A stretch of 64,000 nt of DNA, taken from positions 496,001 to 560,000 of the forward strand of contig JAYWIR010000025.1 of assembly GCA_036172245.1 (NCBI GenBank), in the 5' to 3' direction. Each line of letters opens with the position of its first letter. Position 1 is the first letter of the stretch. Positions 50,431-60,191 of this stretch are shown here, one piece after another. Origin of the DNA: Raillietiella orientalis. Taxonomy: Eukaryota. The position numbers and the translations under genes were made by a program. The notes under the pieces were generated by a model. It did not search any database. It was not told the DNA's origin and saw only the letters and a list, made by a program, of their open reading frames with translations.

Positions 50431-52725
50431 TCAAGGAAGGAGAGACGCGTCCTCGACGAGCTCCTCCAAGATGGAACGGTACCGCTCTTCGACCAGCCAC
50501 CGGTTCCTTGTGCGTCCGGCCGTCATGCTGTCGATGGGAGTGGGCGTCAACCCGAGGGCTCTGGGCACTTCGTGTTCCTTGAGGAGGTGGAAGTGCATTT
50601 GGAACCACACGTCTTCCAGAACGGCCGCGGCCGCCTTCGGGCTGGCGGAGATCTCTGAGACGGTCATGTCGCGGAAGCGTTCTGCCCTCCTCAGCTCCGC
50701 GTAGTCGGGGTAGACGAGCGCCACCGGGTGCCGGCGGAGAGGGTGCGAGTGGACCAGGGCCTGGACGACGAGGGCACATTCGCTCTCCATGAGGTCTTCC
50801 ACGCGTCCCGGGAAGAACCACTCGCCCTGCGCCATCTTAAAGCTCCCGTCCTTCCTGCTCCCGGACACCTCCAAGACGCCTCCCTCCGAAACGCGCGCCG
50901 TGTCTCCCGTGCGGAGGAAGCCGTCACGGCCGACGAGCCTACGCAGAGCACACCGCCCCGGTGGGCCCCAGAGTCCCTTGGCCTTCCCCACGGGGACGAC
51001 GCAGTGGCGGGCGACGTTCGTCCCACGGACGCAGACCTCCCCGGACGTCACCTCGACGGGGTCGCCGCCAGCGGCCTCCGCCGCCACTCCCTCCTCGGAC
51101 CTTCGGGCCAGGAGCTTCACCTTGCTGCAGGGCAGGGGTGCTCCGACGTGGTCCGGGGCGTTGTCCCCGGGGAAGGTGAGGGTGCAGCAGCCGCTGGTCT
51201 CTGCCGTGCCGTAGAACCGCAGCACGAAGCAGTTCATGACTGCCCGGACGAAGGTCACCACGGAGCCGTTGACCTCCGCCCCGCCCAGGAGGATCAGTCT
51301 GACCCGGCCCCCGAAGGACAGGCGGATCTTCCTGAAGAGGAAGAAGTCCGCCGGAGTGCCTCCGCGGACCAGGCGGCACCTGCTTAGGTGGCCGATTTTG
51401 TAGGCGAAGGCGGCGGCATGCAGCCACCTCCGCACGGGGGCGCCGGCCAGCCACCTCTGCATGGCGTCGTACAGCCGGTTGAAGAGATCGGGCACCGCCA
51501 GCAGGACGGTCGGTCTGACCAACCGCACGTCTCTCAGGATCTCCTCCTCCTGCTCGTCCTCCCCCGGTCCGAGGTCGCGGCGGAACGCCACCCGGCCTCC
51601 ACCCAGCAGGACGCTCAGCTGCCACAGCAGCTCCGCGGAGTGGCCCCGGTGCAGGTAGGCGAAGTAGACGTCGTCCCCGGACAGCGGGCAATGCTGCCTC
51701 AAGCGGTCCGCCACGGAAGCGGCCGCTGCCAGCAGGTTGACGCCCGTCAGTAGAACTCCCCTCAGCCCGCCCCCGGCGTCACGCTTGAAGAGGCACGCGT
51801 GGGGGTCGTCCAGAAACCGGCGGCCGGTGTGGAGGCGGGTCGGCTTCCCATCCCTCGCCGCGTACCCTTCGCCCAGATCCTGCAGTTCCTGCATGGAGTG
51901 GACCCTCACGGAGCGCAGGCGTGCCAGCTTCAAGAGTGAGTCCTCCGGGTCGGACACAGTGACCAGGAAACGGAGGCTCTTCGGCCGGAAGTTCACCAGG
52001 AACAGGCAGGTGCGCCCGCCCTCCGCGACGAGGCACCGCATCTTCGTCAGGTCGCACACCCGGAGGGCGTCCCCGGGATTGAGGTGGTCGTGCACGGGGA
52101 CGAGCACCAGCCCCAGCATGCTGACCGCGCGCTCGGCTACCGAGAAGGCCAGCGAGTTGCGGGTGCAGACGCCCATGAAGCGGGACGAACCTCGCCGCAG
52201 TGGGCGCGTCCTCTGCACCCCACCGACCTTCAGCAGTCCGGCGGCCAGTCTCGCTGCCAGTCTCTCGAACTCGGCTAGGGAAACGCCCCGCTCGGGCCCC
52301 CCGGGACCGGCCACCTGGCTGAACGCGGGTGCCTCTTCCGACCCTCTCCGCCGGAATCTGATCACGTCCCAGAGGCTGCGCGGGGCTTCCGGCATCCCGG
52401 TCGTCACCTCCGCGACTGCGGCCGCTCCCGCGTCGGCGACGCCTCCGCCGTCCACGAGTAGCTCGCCGGGAACGTCTCCGACATGCACCGCGACCCGCGA
52501 CTCCGGGGACAAACGCACGGTGCTCCACAAAACGACCGCAAACCACAGGCTCGCGCACAGCGTGCCCAGGCAGCAGGACGCGGCCGACAGCTCCAGGTAC
52601 TCGTCCAGGATCCTCTCTGCATAGTCCATGACCACGTCCCATAGCTGGTCTACGATCACTTTGGAAACCACAGTGTCCACAGTGTCTACGACTACAGTGT
52701 CTTCTTCGTCTTCTTCGGCCTCCAT
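50431..52725 (-). CDS. Divergent long-chain fatty acyl-CoA synthetase (ACSL)-like protein, uninterrupted ORF, 764 aa; P-loop degenerate
   Basis: Intact ORF with strong GC3 bias. ACSL landmarks DDVYFAYL, VRPTVLLAVPDLFNRLYD, FRKIRLSFGGRVRLIL, FYGTAETSG, HVGAPLPCSKVKL, GEVCVRGTNV, DGFLRTGD, FKMAQGEW. Hydrophobic segment near the N-terminus. Confidence 0.9.
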   Translation of the reverse strand: MEAEEDEEDTVVVDTVDTVVSKVIVDQLWDVVMDYAERILDEYLELSAASCCLGTLCASLWFAVVLWSTVRLSPESRVAVHVGDVPGELLVDGGGVADAGAAAVAEVTTGMPEAPRSLWDVIRFRRRGSEEAPAFSQVAGPGGPERGVSLAEFERLAARLAAGLLKVGGVQRTRPLRRGSSRFMGVCTRNSLAFSVAERAVSMLGLVLVPVHDHLNPGDALRVCDLTKMRCLVAEGGRTCLFLVNFRPKSLRFLVTVSDPEDSLLKLARLRSVRVHSMQELQDLGEGYAARDGKPTRLHTGRRFLDDPHACLFKRDAGGGLRGVLLTGVNLLAAAASVADRLRQHCPLSGDDVYFAYLHRGHSAELLWQLSVLLGGGRVAFRRDLGPGEDEQEEEILRDVRLVRPTVLLAVPDLFNRLYDAMQRWLAGAPVRRWLHAAAFAYKIGHLSRCRLVRGGTPADFFLFRKIRLSFGGRVRLILLGGAEVNGSVVTFVRAVMNCFVLRFYGTAETSGCCTLTFPGDNAPDHVGAPLPCSKVKLLARRSEEGVAAEAAGGDPVEVTSGEVCVRGTNVARHCVVPVGKAKGLWGPPGRCALRRLVGRDGFLRTGDTARVSEGGVLEVSGSRKDGSFKMAQGEWFFPGRVEDLMESECALVVQALVHSHPLRRHPVALVYPDYAELRRAERFRDMTVSEISASPKAAAAVLEDVWFQMHFHLLKEHEVPRALGLTPTPIDSMTAGRTRNRWLVEERYRSILEELVEDASLLP

Positions 52726-54475
52726 TCTTCTTCTTGTTTTTTTTTTTTTTTGTCTACCACACTGCTCGAGTCAGGTGCTGAGTGGAACTACAGAACTTTC
52801 GAGAACTCTCTCGGGAGCCCCGGCACAGGCGGGCGACTCTCCAAGGCGCCCAATTCCGCGGAAGAAACTCAGACATTCAGAGTGTCCCTCGAACAGGGGT
52901 CTCCTAGCAACCTGGCTTACGATGCCGTCTGCGGCTTCGGCCAGCCACAGTAGCGGTGGGCGTTGATACTCTCCTGAGAAGGTGGCACGAGTTGCCCACG
53001 ACCACCTCCTCGGCGGAACGAGGCTGATGCTGCACCGACGTGCGCCTTGCCCGGCGGCGAACAGCGGCATCCCTCGAGCGCACGTCTTCCCAGCCGCTAG
53101 GAGGCACCGCGACGTTTCCTTTCGCGGGCAGCGAGGTAGAAGAAGGAGGTCTAGGGGACAGGGGAGTTGCTGGTCCGGGGTCCCTTTCCAGGGCGGCTAC
53201 GCGGGGGCCATGCGCGGCTGGCCTCTCTCGCGCGCGCGCGAGCAATTGGGGGGGGGGGGGGGGGGGCTAGCGGGAAAACGGGAAAGATGTAAAGACGGCC
53301 AGAAGCGAGAACAAGAAGGGAACAAGGATACCCCCGGCGCTCTCTGCGACCCGCCTTACCGGGGTGGTAGCACCAAAGACCACCAGGCTCTCCACCCAGT
53401 TCGGAGAACTCGTCCCGGAAGACGGGGCGACTCCTGAAAGAAAGAGGAAGGGGGAGGAGTGGGTCCCGGGGAATCCAGGCAGGGAATGCAGAGGGAGCGC
53501 TTTGCTCGTAGGTGGCGCCGTCTTTAGGGATGGCGCGTGGGGAGGAAGCCACGAGGGCAGAGTTCTCTGAGCCTCCATCTCACTGTCCATCCCATCTACC
53601 CTTCTCCCGGGTGGGTAGCGGTCGCATCGCCTTCCAGGTTCCCTGGTGACCAGTTGCAAGATGAAAGCACCTTCCGCTTGCGGGACGCTTCGTTGCTCAG
53701 CAGCCACTCCGAGCAGCGAGATGCGTCGAGTGTCGTACGGAGCAAGAGCAGGAGGGGGAGAGGGAAGAAGAAAAGTGAAGTTTGCTCTCATGGAGGGGTC
53801 GATCCGGAACCGAAACTGGACTCCAAACGAATGCGATGCCGTTGCCATAGAAGCATGGATTCGTATGTTCTCTTCCCTTCTGACTCAGCCTGGCTCTCTC
53901 TGGCACGGTTCCGTGCGTCCTGGTTGCGCCCGGAGCTGCTGCTCCTCGAGAGGGTCTGCTTTCGTGACGCATCGTCGTTCCCGCCACTTTCCTGATTCGA
54001 CCAACGAACCAAGCAGAAGGGTATCCCCCCCCCCTTGCAGGGGAGCCAACTGCCTCCACGCGCGCGCCGGCTGAAGCAGACCCCGCCACCTGCCACCTCG
54101 CTGCCGGTAGCGGGCGCCTCCCGTTTTGCGCGGGACCTCCTGGTTTTCCGACCTCTGGCGTTTCCGCGTCGACTAGCCTGCAAGCGAGTTGGGGTCTCGC
54201 CAGTAGCATCCAGCTCTGGGGGTGGAGATTGGGGAAGGGGGACGCGGTCCAGATTCCCCCTCCAAATCCTCCCACTTTTCCTTCCTTCTCCTCCCCCTCC
54301 GTCTTCTCATGACGTCCCGACTTCCCGTAGTGGCTCCCGCAGGAAAAAAGGCGGAGTTCTCAGCACCCTCTTTTACTTGAGGAGGAGGAGGGAACGGGGG
54401 TCCCGCCCCCTCCCTCCGTTCCTTCTTCCCGGCTGCTCGAGCTGCTGCTCCGCCTCCAGGGTCTTTTCCCAATCC

Positions 54476-56716
54476 TCAGAGGACGCCCTCCAGGCCCTTG
54501 GCGGTGCCTACCTTATGTATGAGCTCACTGAGCTCGCTCCTATAGGTGTCGATGACGGCGTTTCTGGGCCGTAGGGCGAGCAGTCCGGTGCCTATGCCGT
54601 ACAGAGGCTTGGGCACCAGCTTGATGGCCTTGGGTATCTCGTAGCTCTTCAGCGAGTAGGTCCTGGAGGCGTAGGCGATCTCCTCGAAGACTATGTCATG
54701 GGCGATGGGGTCGTTGGCGAGCTCCTCCTTGGAGATGTCGCGCAGGGACGAGCCCCCCACGGAGCGGATGACCCCGTAATCCGGGAAGATCAGAGCCACG
54801 ACCATGGACTGGTACCTTTCCGTGTACAGCAGCACCTGCGAGATGGTGCGGCAGCGCTTCTCCAGGATGCCCTCCACACGGGAGGGCACGAGCCACTCCC
54901 CCTGGGCTAGCTTGATGTTCTCGTCGGCACGGCCCACCACCTGGAGCGTCCCGTTGGCCAAGATCCTGCCCAGGTCGCCGGTGGGGAACGAGTCGCCCGA
55001 GGCGTGGCTGACGCCAAACTGGGCGCTGTAGGCCACGTTGGTGATGGTGGCACCGGATACGCTGATCTCGCCCACGGGGCTGTGGGCCTTGCCGGGCTCG
55101 ATCGCAGGTTCCATGTGGCCGTAGGCGCCCACGTCCACCAGGTTAACGAAGTTCCCCGGTACGGGGACTCCCACGCTCTCCGCCATGTGGTCGCCCGGGT
55201 AGGTCATGGTGCAGACGCCGCTGCTCGTGGACGTCCCGTAGGACACCAGCACGGGACACCCCATGTAGCACCGGGTGAAGGTCAGCACGTCGGCATTGAT
55301 GTACGCCCCGTACACCACCATAACCCGGACGCGGTTGCCGAACCGCCCCCGCAGCTTGCGGAAGAGGATGCGGTCCCAGATGGTGTCGCGGTTGATGATG
55401 CCTCGGGACAGGTAGCGTACCTTGCTGCTGATACCCAGCCTGCTGACCTGGTTCATGGTCATCTTGTCCTCGAGGATCACCTGCACCTTGTCGTAGATGC
55501 GGTTGAGGATGGCGGGCACCACGAGCACCACGGTCGGGCGCAGGACCTTCATGTCCTCCAGGAGCTCGCGGTTGTTACTCGTGCAGAAGGCCACGGCTCC
55601 TCTCTTCATCAGGATGGCCGCCTGCCAGGACAGGTCGACCGCGTGGCGCCGGGGCAGGTAGGAGAAGTACACGTCGTGGTCGGTCATCGCGTGGTTGTCT
55701 AGGTGCAGGTTGATGCTGGAGGCGGCTGACAGGACGTGCGAGTGGCGGAGGATGACTCCTTCCAGCTGACCCGGGACGCGCTCGTTGAAGAGCAGCATGG
55801 CGTGCTGCGACGACCGCAGGCGCGGGAAGCGGTTCGGGTCCAGCGTCCGCCTCTCTCCCAGGGAGAGCACCTCTTCGAAGCTGCGCAAGCGCACGAACTT
55901 GCGGCGGGCAATGCCCACCAGCGTCTGCGAGGGCTCGAAGGTGCAGATGACGCTCCGGATGGTGCGCGCGGGGTACTGCAGCAGGAAGCGCGCCTTGTGG
56001 TGGTCATCGGTCACGATGACGCGCATGCTCGTCCGCTGCAGCATCCGCCGCAGCTCCACGAACCCGAAGGCGTCGTAGACGGGCACGAAGACGAAGCCCA
56101 TGGAGTAACAGGAGTACTCGACCACGGCCAGCTCCAGCGAGGGTCGCGCGTAGCAACCCAGGTAGATATGGCGCCCCGGGCGGTATCCCATCGACGACAG
56201 CCCGGAGCAGAAGAGTAACACCATCCTCTGCACGTCCTCGTAGCTGTGCCAGTAGGGCTGGTAAGCGTTGGGGGGCGGGGGGCGGAAGCCCATGGCAGGG
56301 GAGCTCGGGGGAGCACTGGCGTTGAAGATCAGGTCCCTCAGCGTGGTCACGTTCTCATCTAGGCTCTCCGGAAGCTTCTGCGTTCGAGGGAACACAAGGG
56401 AAGACATCGAGTGGGGTATCCCGGGCACCTCCTCGCTCTGCTTGGCCAGAGACACTCCCGCAGGCAGCGTCGTGGGGAAACCCACCGACCACGCGTATGT
56501 GAACGCCCCCGTGGCGAATCCGCTCAAAAACACCAACCATACCGCCCTCCTGCTGCCCAGGTAGCCAATTAGCATGCGCCGTAGGGCGTCCATATCCACG
56601 TCGGCGACCACCGTCTGCGCATCGGAGCCTTCCGGCAGTAGTAGCAGCAGCGGCAGGGTCAACACGTAAGCCCGCAGCACGCCCCGGAAGCGTGCTGCGG
56701 CGGCGGCGGCGCCCAT
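54476..56716 (-). CDS. Divergent ACSL-like protein, uninterrupted ORF, ~746 aa; P-loop degenerate
   Basis: Likely start ATG at 56716 (MGAAAAAARF...), just after an acceptor-like ccctccag; the ORF track extends to 56848. Landmarks WHSYEDV, VPVYDAFG, DVYFSYLP, LLEDMKVLRPTVVLVVPAILNRIYDKV, IWDRILFRKLRGRFGNRVR, SVGVPVP, TGDLGR, IKLAQGEWLVPSRVE, LKSYEIPKAIKL. Confidence 0.92.
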   Translation of the reverse strand: MGAAAAAARFRGVLRAYVLTLPLLLLLPEGSDAQTVVADVDMDALRRMLIGYLGSRRAVWLVFLSGFATGAFTYAWSVGFPTTLPAGVSLAKQSEEVPGIPHSMSSLVFPRTQKLPESLDENVTTLRDLIFNASAPPSSPAMGFRPPPPNAYQPYWHSYEDVQRMVLLFCSGLSSMGYRPGRHIYLGCYARPSLELAVVEYSCYSMGFVFVPVYDAFGFVELRRMLQRTSMRVIVTDDHHKARFLLQYPARTIRSVICTFEPSQTLVGIARRKFVRLRSFEEVLSLGERRTLDPNRFPRLRSSQHAMLLFNERVPGQLEGVILRHSHVLSAASSINLHLDNHAMTDHDVYFSYLPRRHAVDLSWQAAILMKRGAVAFCTSNNRELLEDMKVLRPTVVLVVPAILNRIYDKVQVILEDKMTMNQVSRLGISSKVRYLSRGIINRDTIWDRILFRKLRGRFGNRVRVMVVYGAYINADVLTFTRCYMGCPVLVSYGTSTSSGVCTMTYPGDHMAESVGVPVPGNFVNLVDVGAYGHMEPAIEPGKAHSPVGEISVSGATITNVAYSAQFGVSHASGDSFPTGDLGRILANGTLQVVGRADENIKLAQGEWLVPSRVEGILEKRCRTISQVLLYTERYQSMVVALIFPDYGVIRSVGGSSLRDISKEELANDPIAHDIVFEEIAYASRTYSLKSYEIPKAIKLVPKPLYGIGTGLLALRPRNAVIDTYRSELSELIHKVGTAKGLEGVL

Positions 56717-59700
56717 CGGTAGGGAGGGTCTGCGGGACGCCTGGAGGGGATGGAGGTGAGGAAGGGTAGGGGTAGGGGGAAGAAGACGCCTCTCTTCTGC
56801 TCTTTCCCTCCCTCTCGCGCTCACCAGGCGAGACGAGGGTTCGTGCAAAGAAGGGGCAGCTGGCCGACCCTCTCACGAGCCAAACAACAAAGAGCCTGTC
56901 TCCCAGGTAACCGGCATAAGCGAGGGGAAGGGGGAGAAAATGGGGGAGGGGGGGAATTGAGGATAAGAGAGATGGAAGGCACGGAGAAGCGCTCGAGGGT
57001 ACACGACGCGGCTCTCCACCAGTCCCCCTCTCTCCACAGCGGCGACGGTGGGAGGCTTCTCTCCCACCCTCCCTTCCTCGTGCGCTCGGCCTCTCTCGGG
57101 TTGCCAACGACGACGACGACGGGAAGCGAACCCCCCGCCGGCAGCCGCAGGAGTTGGCGCCGCATCGGGGCGCCATCCTGGGAAGCGATGGAAAAGTTCG
57201 CGGCCGTCTGGGAGACGACGGGGAGGAGAACAAGAGGAGGAAACGAGAGAGCGCCCTGCTCCACTCGGGTATGTCTCCTTGCCGCTGCCTCTCCCCCTCC
57301 GGGCCCGCAGGAGACGAGCGGCAGCAGGAGATCGTGAACTCCTCCCCTCCTTTCCTGCCGCCTGCATCATCCTCGCTCGAAACCCCGCAGAGAGCAAGAA
57401 GGAACCTGCTCCCGGTCGAAAAGGCTCCTCCTGCAGCAACACCGGGAAAACGAGCCCGCGCAACCGGGAAGACCGGTAACCCATCTCCGCCCTGGGCGCT
57501 TCCAGGCCGGCAGTAATCCCGGCTCCACCGGAAGGAAGCAGTCTCGAGCCCCACGAACGACCCCCAGTAGGGGAAAGGGTCTCGAGGCGTGGGAGGAAGC
57601 GGCTCCAGGACCTTCACGGTGGGCCTCGCGAGCTAAGAAGGTACCGCCCCAGGCTCTTGGACGCGCGTGCGCCCCTTCTCCACTCCCGGAACGAGGGCGA
57701 AAAGATCGGAAAACGCCCTGTTTCCACGATGCGTCGCAAGGCCTCGACCGCGCCAACGTCCTCCTTTTTCCTTGAGGCAGGAGCGCGGCGTCCTCATCCC
57801 AGGAGAACTGGGAAGAGTGCAGACCCTCCTCCCTGCGAGCTGCGAGTGCGAAGGCGGCCGCCAACGCTCGCGGGGAGAGACCGTGCAAAGGAGGAATGGG
57901 AAGACTCCTGGAGGACTCAACATCCTGCGGGAAAGCCGGGATCATCCTTTTGGAGTCCTAGAGCCCCCTGGGAGTAGTGCGATGGAAAGCCGATTTCCAG
58001 GTAGAGTGGGTACCACTAGCATAGGGCCTCTCGAATCGATCGTGGCCGGAGGGCACCTCTTGGAGAGCCTTGCCACCTGTCGCAAGAGGAAGGGAACGCG
58101 CGCCCTCCAGACCGCGGCTGGCACGGGCGCGCTCTGCTTCCTCCTCCGACTCGGCTCCCGAGGCCCGCCGACGAACGGAACGGCGGTAGGCGAGAAGCTC
58201 GTCTCATTCCCGGAGGACTGCGCTTTCGGGCCATCCCAATCCGAATTAGGGTGCGGAAGTGAAGGAGCGCAGGCTGTCAACTGAACTCGCTGGTCATCTC
58301 GCTAAGGCGCCTCATTTGCTCCACAGAAAGGAGATAAATTGCGTACAGCTGCAAAGCTGCGTGCTGCAGATCCTTACAATCTTCGCGCAATAAAGTTTGA
58401 ATTGGAATAAAGAAGCACCTGTTGAATGACCCTTCAATGAAGCTTCATTCGGCTAAAGTGGATTTAATAATGTGTGGTGAATAGTTATCGTCAGCTTTTC
58501 GGTATTTCTAGGTGTTATGAAGAGACATTTTTTATTTTTATGATAAAAAAAAAATTTGAAATGTTTCACAACTTTTAAATTCGAAACGATGATTTTGGTG
58601 CATTTATTTCAGATTATTTTGACACTCTGGAATCGAGTATGAGTTTTCCTATCTATAAATCTTGCTTGTTTCTGTGCTGCTCATTGTTGAGAATGAACCA
58701 AAAATTCAAGTTTGTCTTTAAAGGCCAGATTAAGTTTAGTTTAACAACTCAAAAATCAATTAATTACTATACAGATGTTTTCTTTTAATTCAAAAAAAAT
58801 ATTGCATTCATTTTAAGTTTTTCATTTTATCATGCTGGTAGGCCTGTTGTTAGCTTTGGGCCTACAATTGCAGTGCATGTTGCGTCGTGCTAACGGTGTG
58901 TTATGCAATGGAAACGATTGTGACTTCTGGGTCTCGGTAATTGTGCTGTTTTGATTGATTTTACGAGTGATACTCATCATTTTGAAAGGCTTTACAAGAT
59001 AAACTGGTAATTATATCGAGTTATGAGTAGGCATTAGTTATAGTTTTTGGAAAGCGTGTGTTATTCGGGCCTGTCTTTTCTTCATAGAGGTTCAGAATTT
59101 CAGGATTTTCTGGTTACGTTTGCAGTTTGCGACTTATTCATTCGAAAGATATGTGTATTATTTTTACTTTAATTCGTAAACTGTGGAAGTGAAGCCATGG
59201 AATACAATCATTGTGTTGCATATGAGAAATCAAATAACACGAGAATAATGAAATTTAGAAGGAAATCATTTTTTGGTGTGAAATGAAGACAGTAAAATGA
59301 GTATTTGAATTCATATCCACATTTGAGCAATGTTGTTTTCAAGATTTCAAATTTTTTTCACAAACCATCAACGTGTTCATGATTCATTAAGGATGTGTGC
59401 ATCCAAATGCCATACATAAGGCATTCCCGTTAGCAGTTTACTGTTCTCACATAGAGCAACTTTCCAATTGTAGATTTCAGAGTATTTCCAGAAAATTAAG
59501 CCCAAATGATAAAAAGTAATACTTGAAACATAGACTGCACTTTGTCAGTTCTGTGGGAAAAATGGCGAATGTAGAGAAATCGAATTTTTTTAACATTTAG
59601 TGTGGTAGCATTGTTAATGGAGAAAAACATATAATGAGCAAATTCATGATTATTTGACCATACTGACAAAAATAATAAAATTCATCTCTTGATAAAGAAC

Positions 59701-60191
59701 AATGAATATTAGCCCCTTACCACACTTCTTGTTGAAAATAATAAATCATGATTGTTCTGAAATAATGCTACAAAATTTGTTTTTTTCAGCCATATTATTT
59801 TTATATATTTATTGAGAAAATTGAATATTGAGATTTTCAATGGATATAAATTCGAAATTTTCGTAGTCTGCATGTTAAATTATGGTTATGTTTTCCCATA
59901 GCCATAATGCATCATTGGATTAATTATTGGATGAATTAACTGGTAAGCAGTTTTTTAGAATTTTATGGATATTCTATAAAATGAAACGGTTGTGTTTTTC
60001 TAATTTGTTTTCTAGTTTGTATTATTTCCAATCAATTCATGGAATGCCTTTAATAAACAGATAACACTTAGAGGAAAAACTTTCAAAGTTAATTTTTGAA
60101 GTAAATATTGCAGACATAAAATATGCACATGGATGATCTTATTCCAAAGATTACTAATGCATTTTTGTTCCTTTCAGGAAGTGAAATAATC

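Noticed and set aside
51737..52642. 295-aa and 287-aa ORFs overlapping the ACSL-like gene (likewise 55004-55702)
   Set aside because: Alternative-frame or antisense shadows of high-GC coding sequence.
50431..56716. Idea that the ACSL-like pair are luciferases or NRPS adenylation domains
   Set aside because: Landmarks are ACSL-specific (KLAQGE, LKSYE, PTV..VP..LNRIYD), and those activities need the P-loop and Lys that are missing.
56355..57617. 420-aa minus-strand ORF upstream of ACSL-like copy 2
   Set aside because: Low-complexity R/P/S/G-rich translation, out of frame with the real CDS; expected by chance at this GC content.
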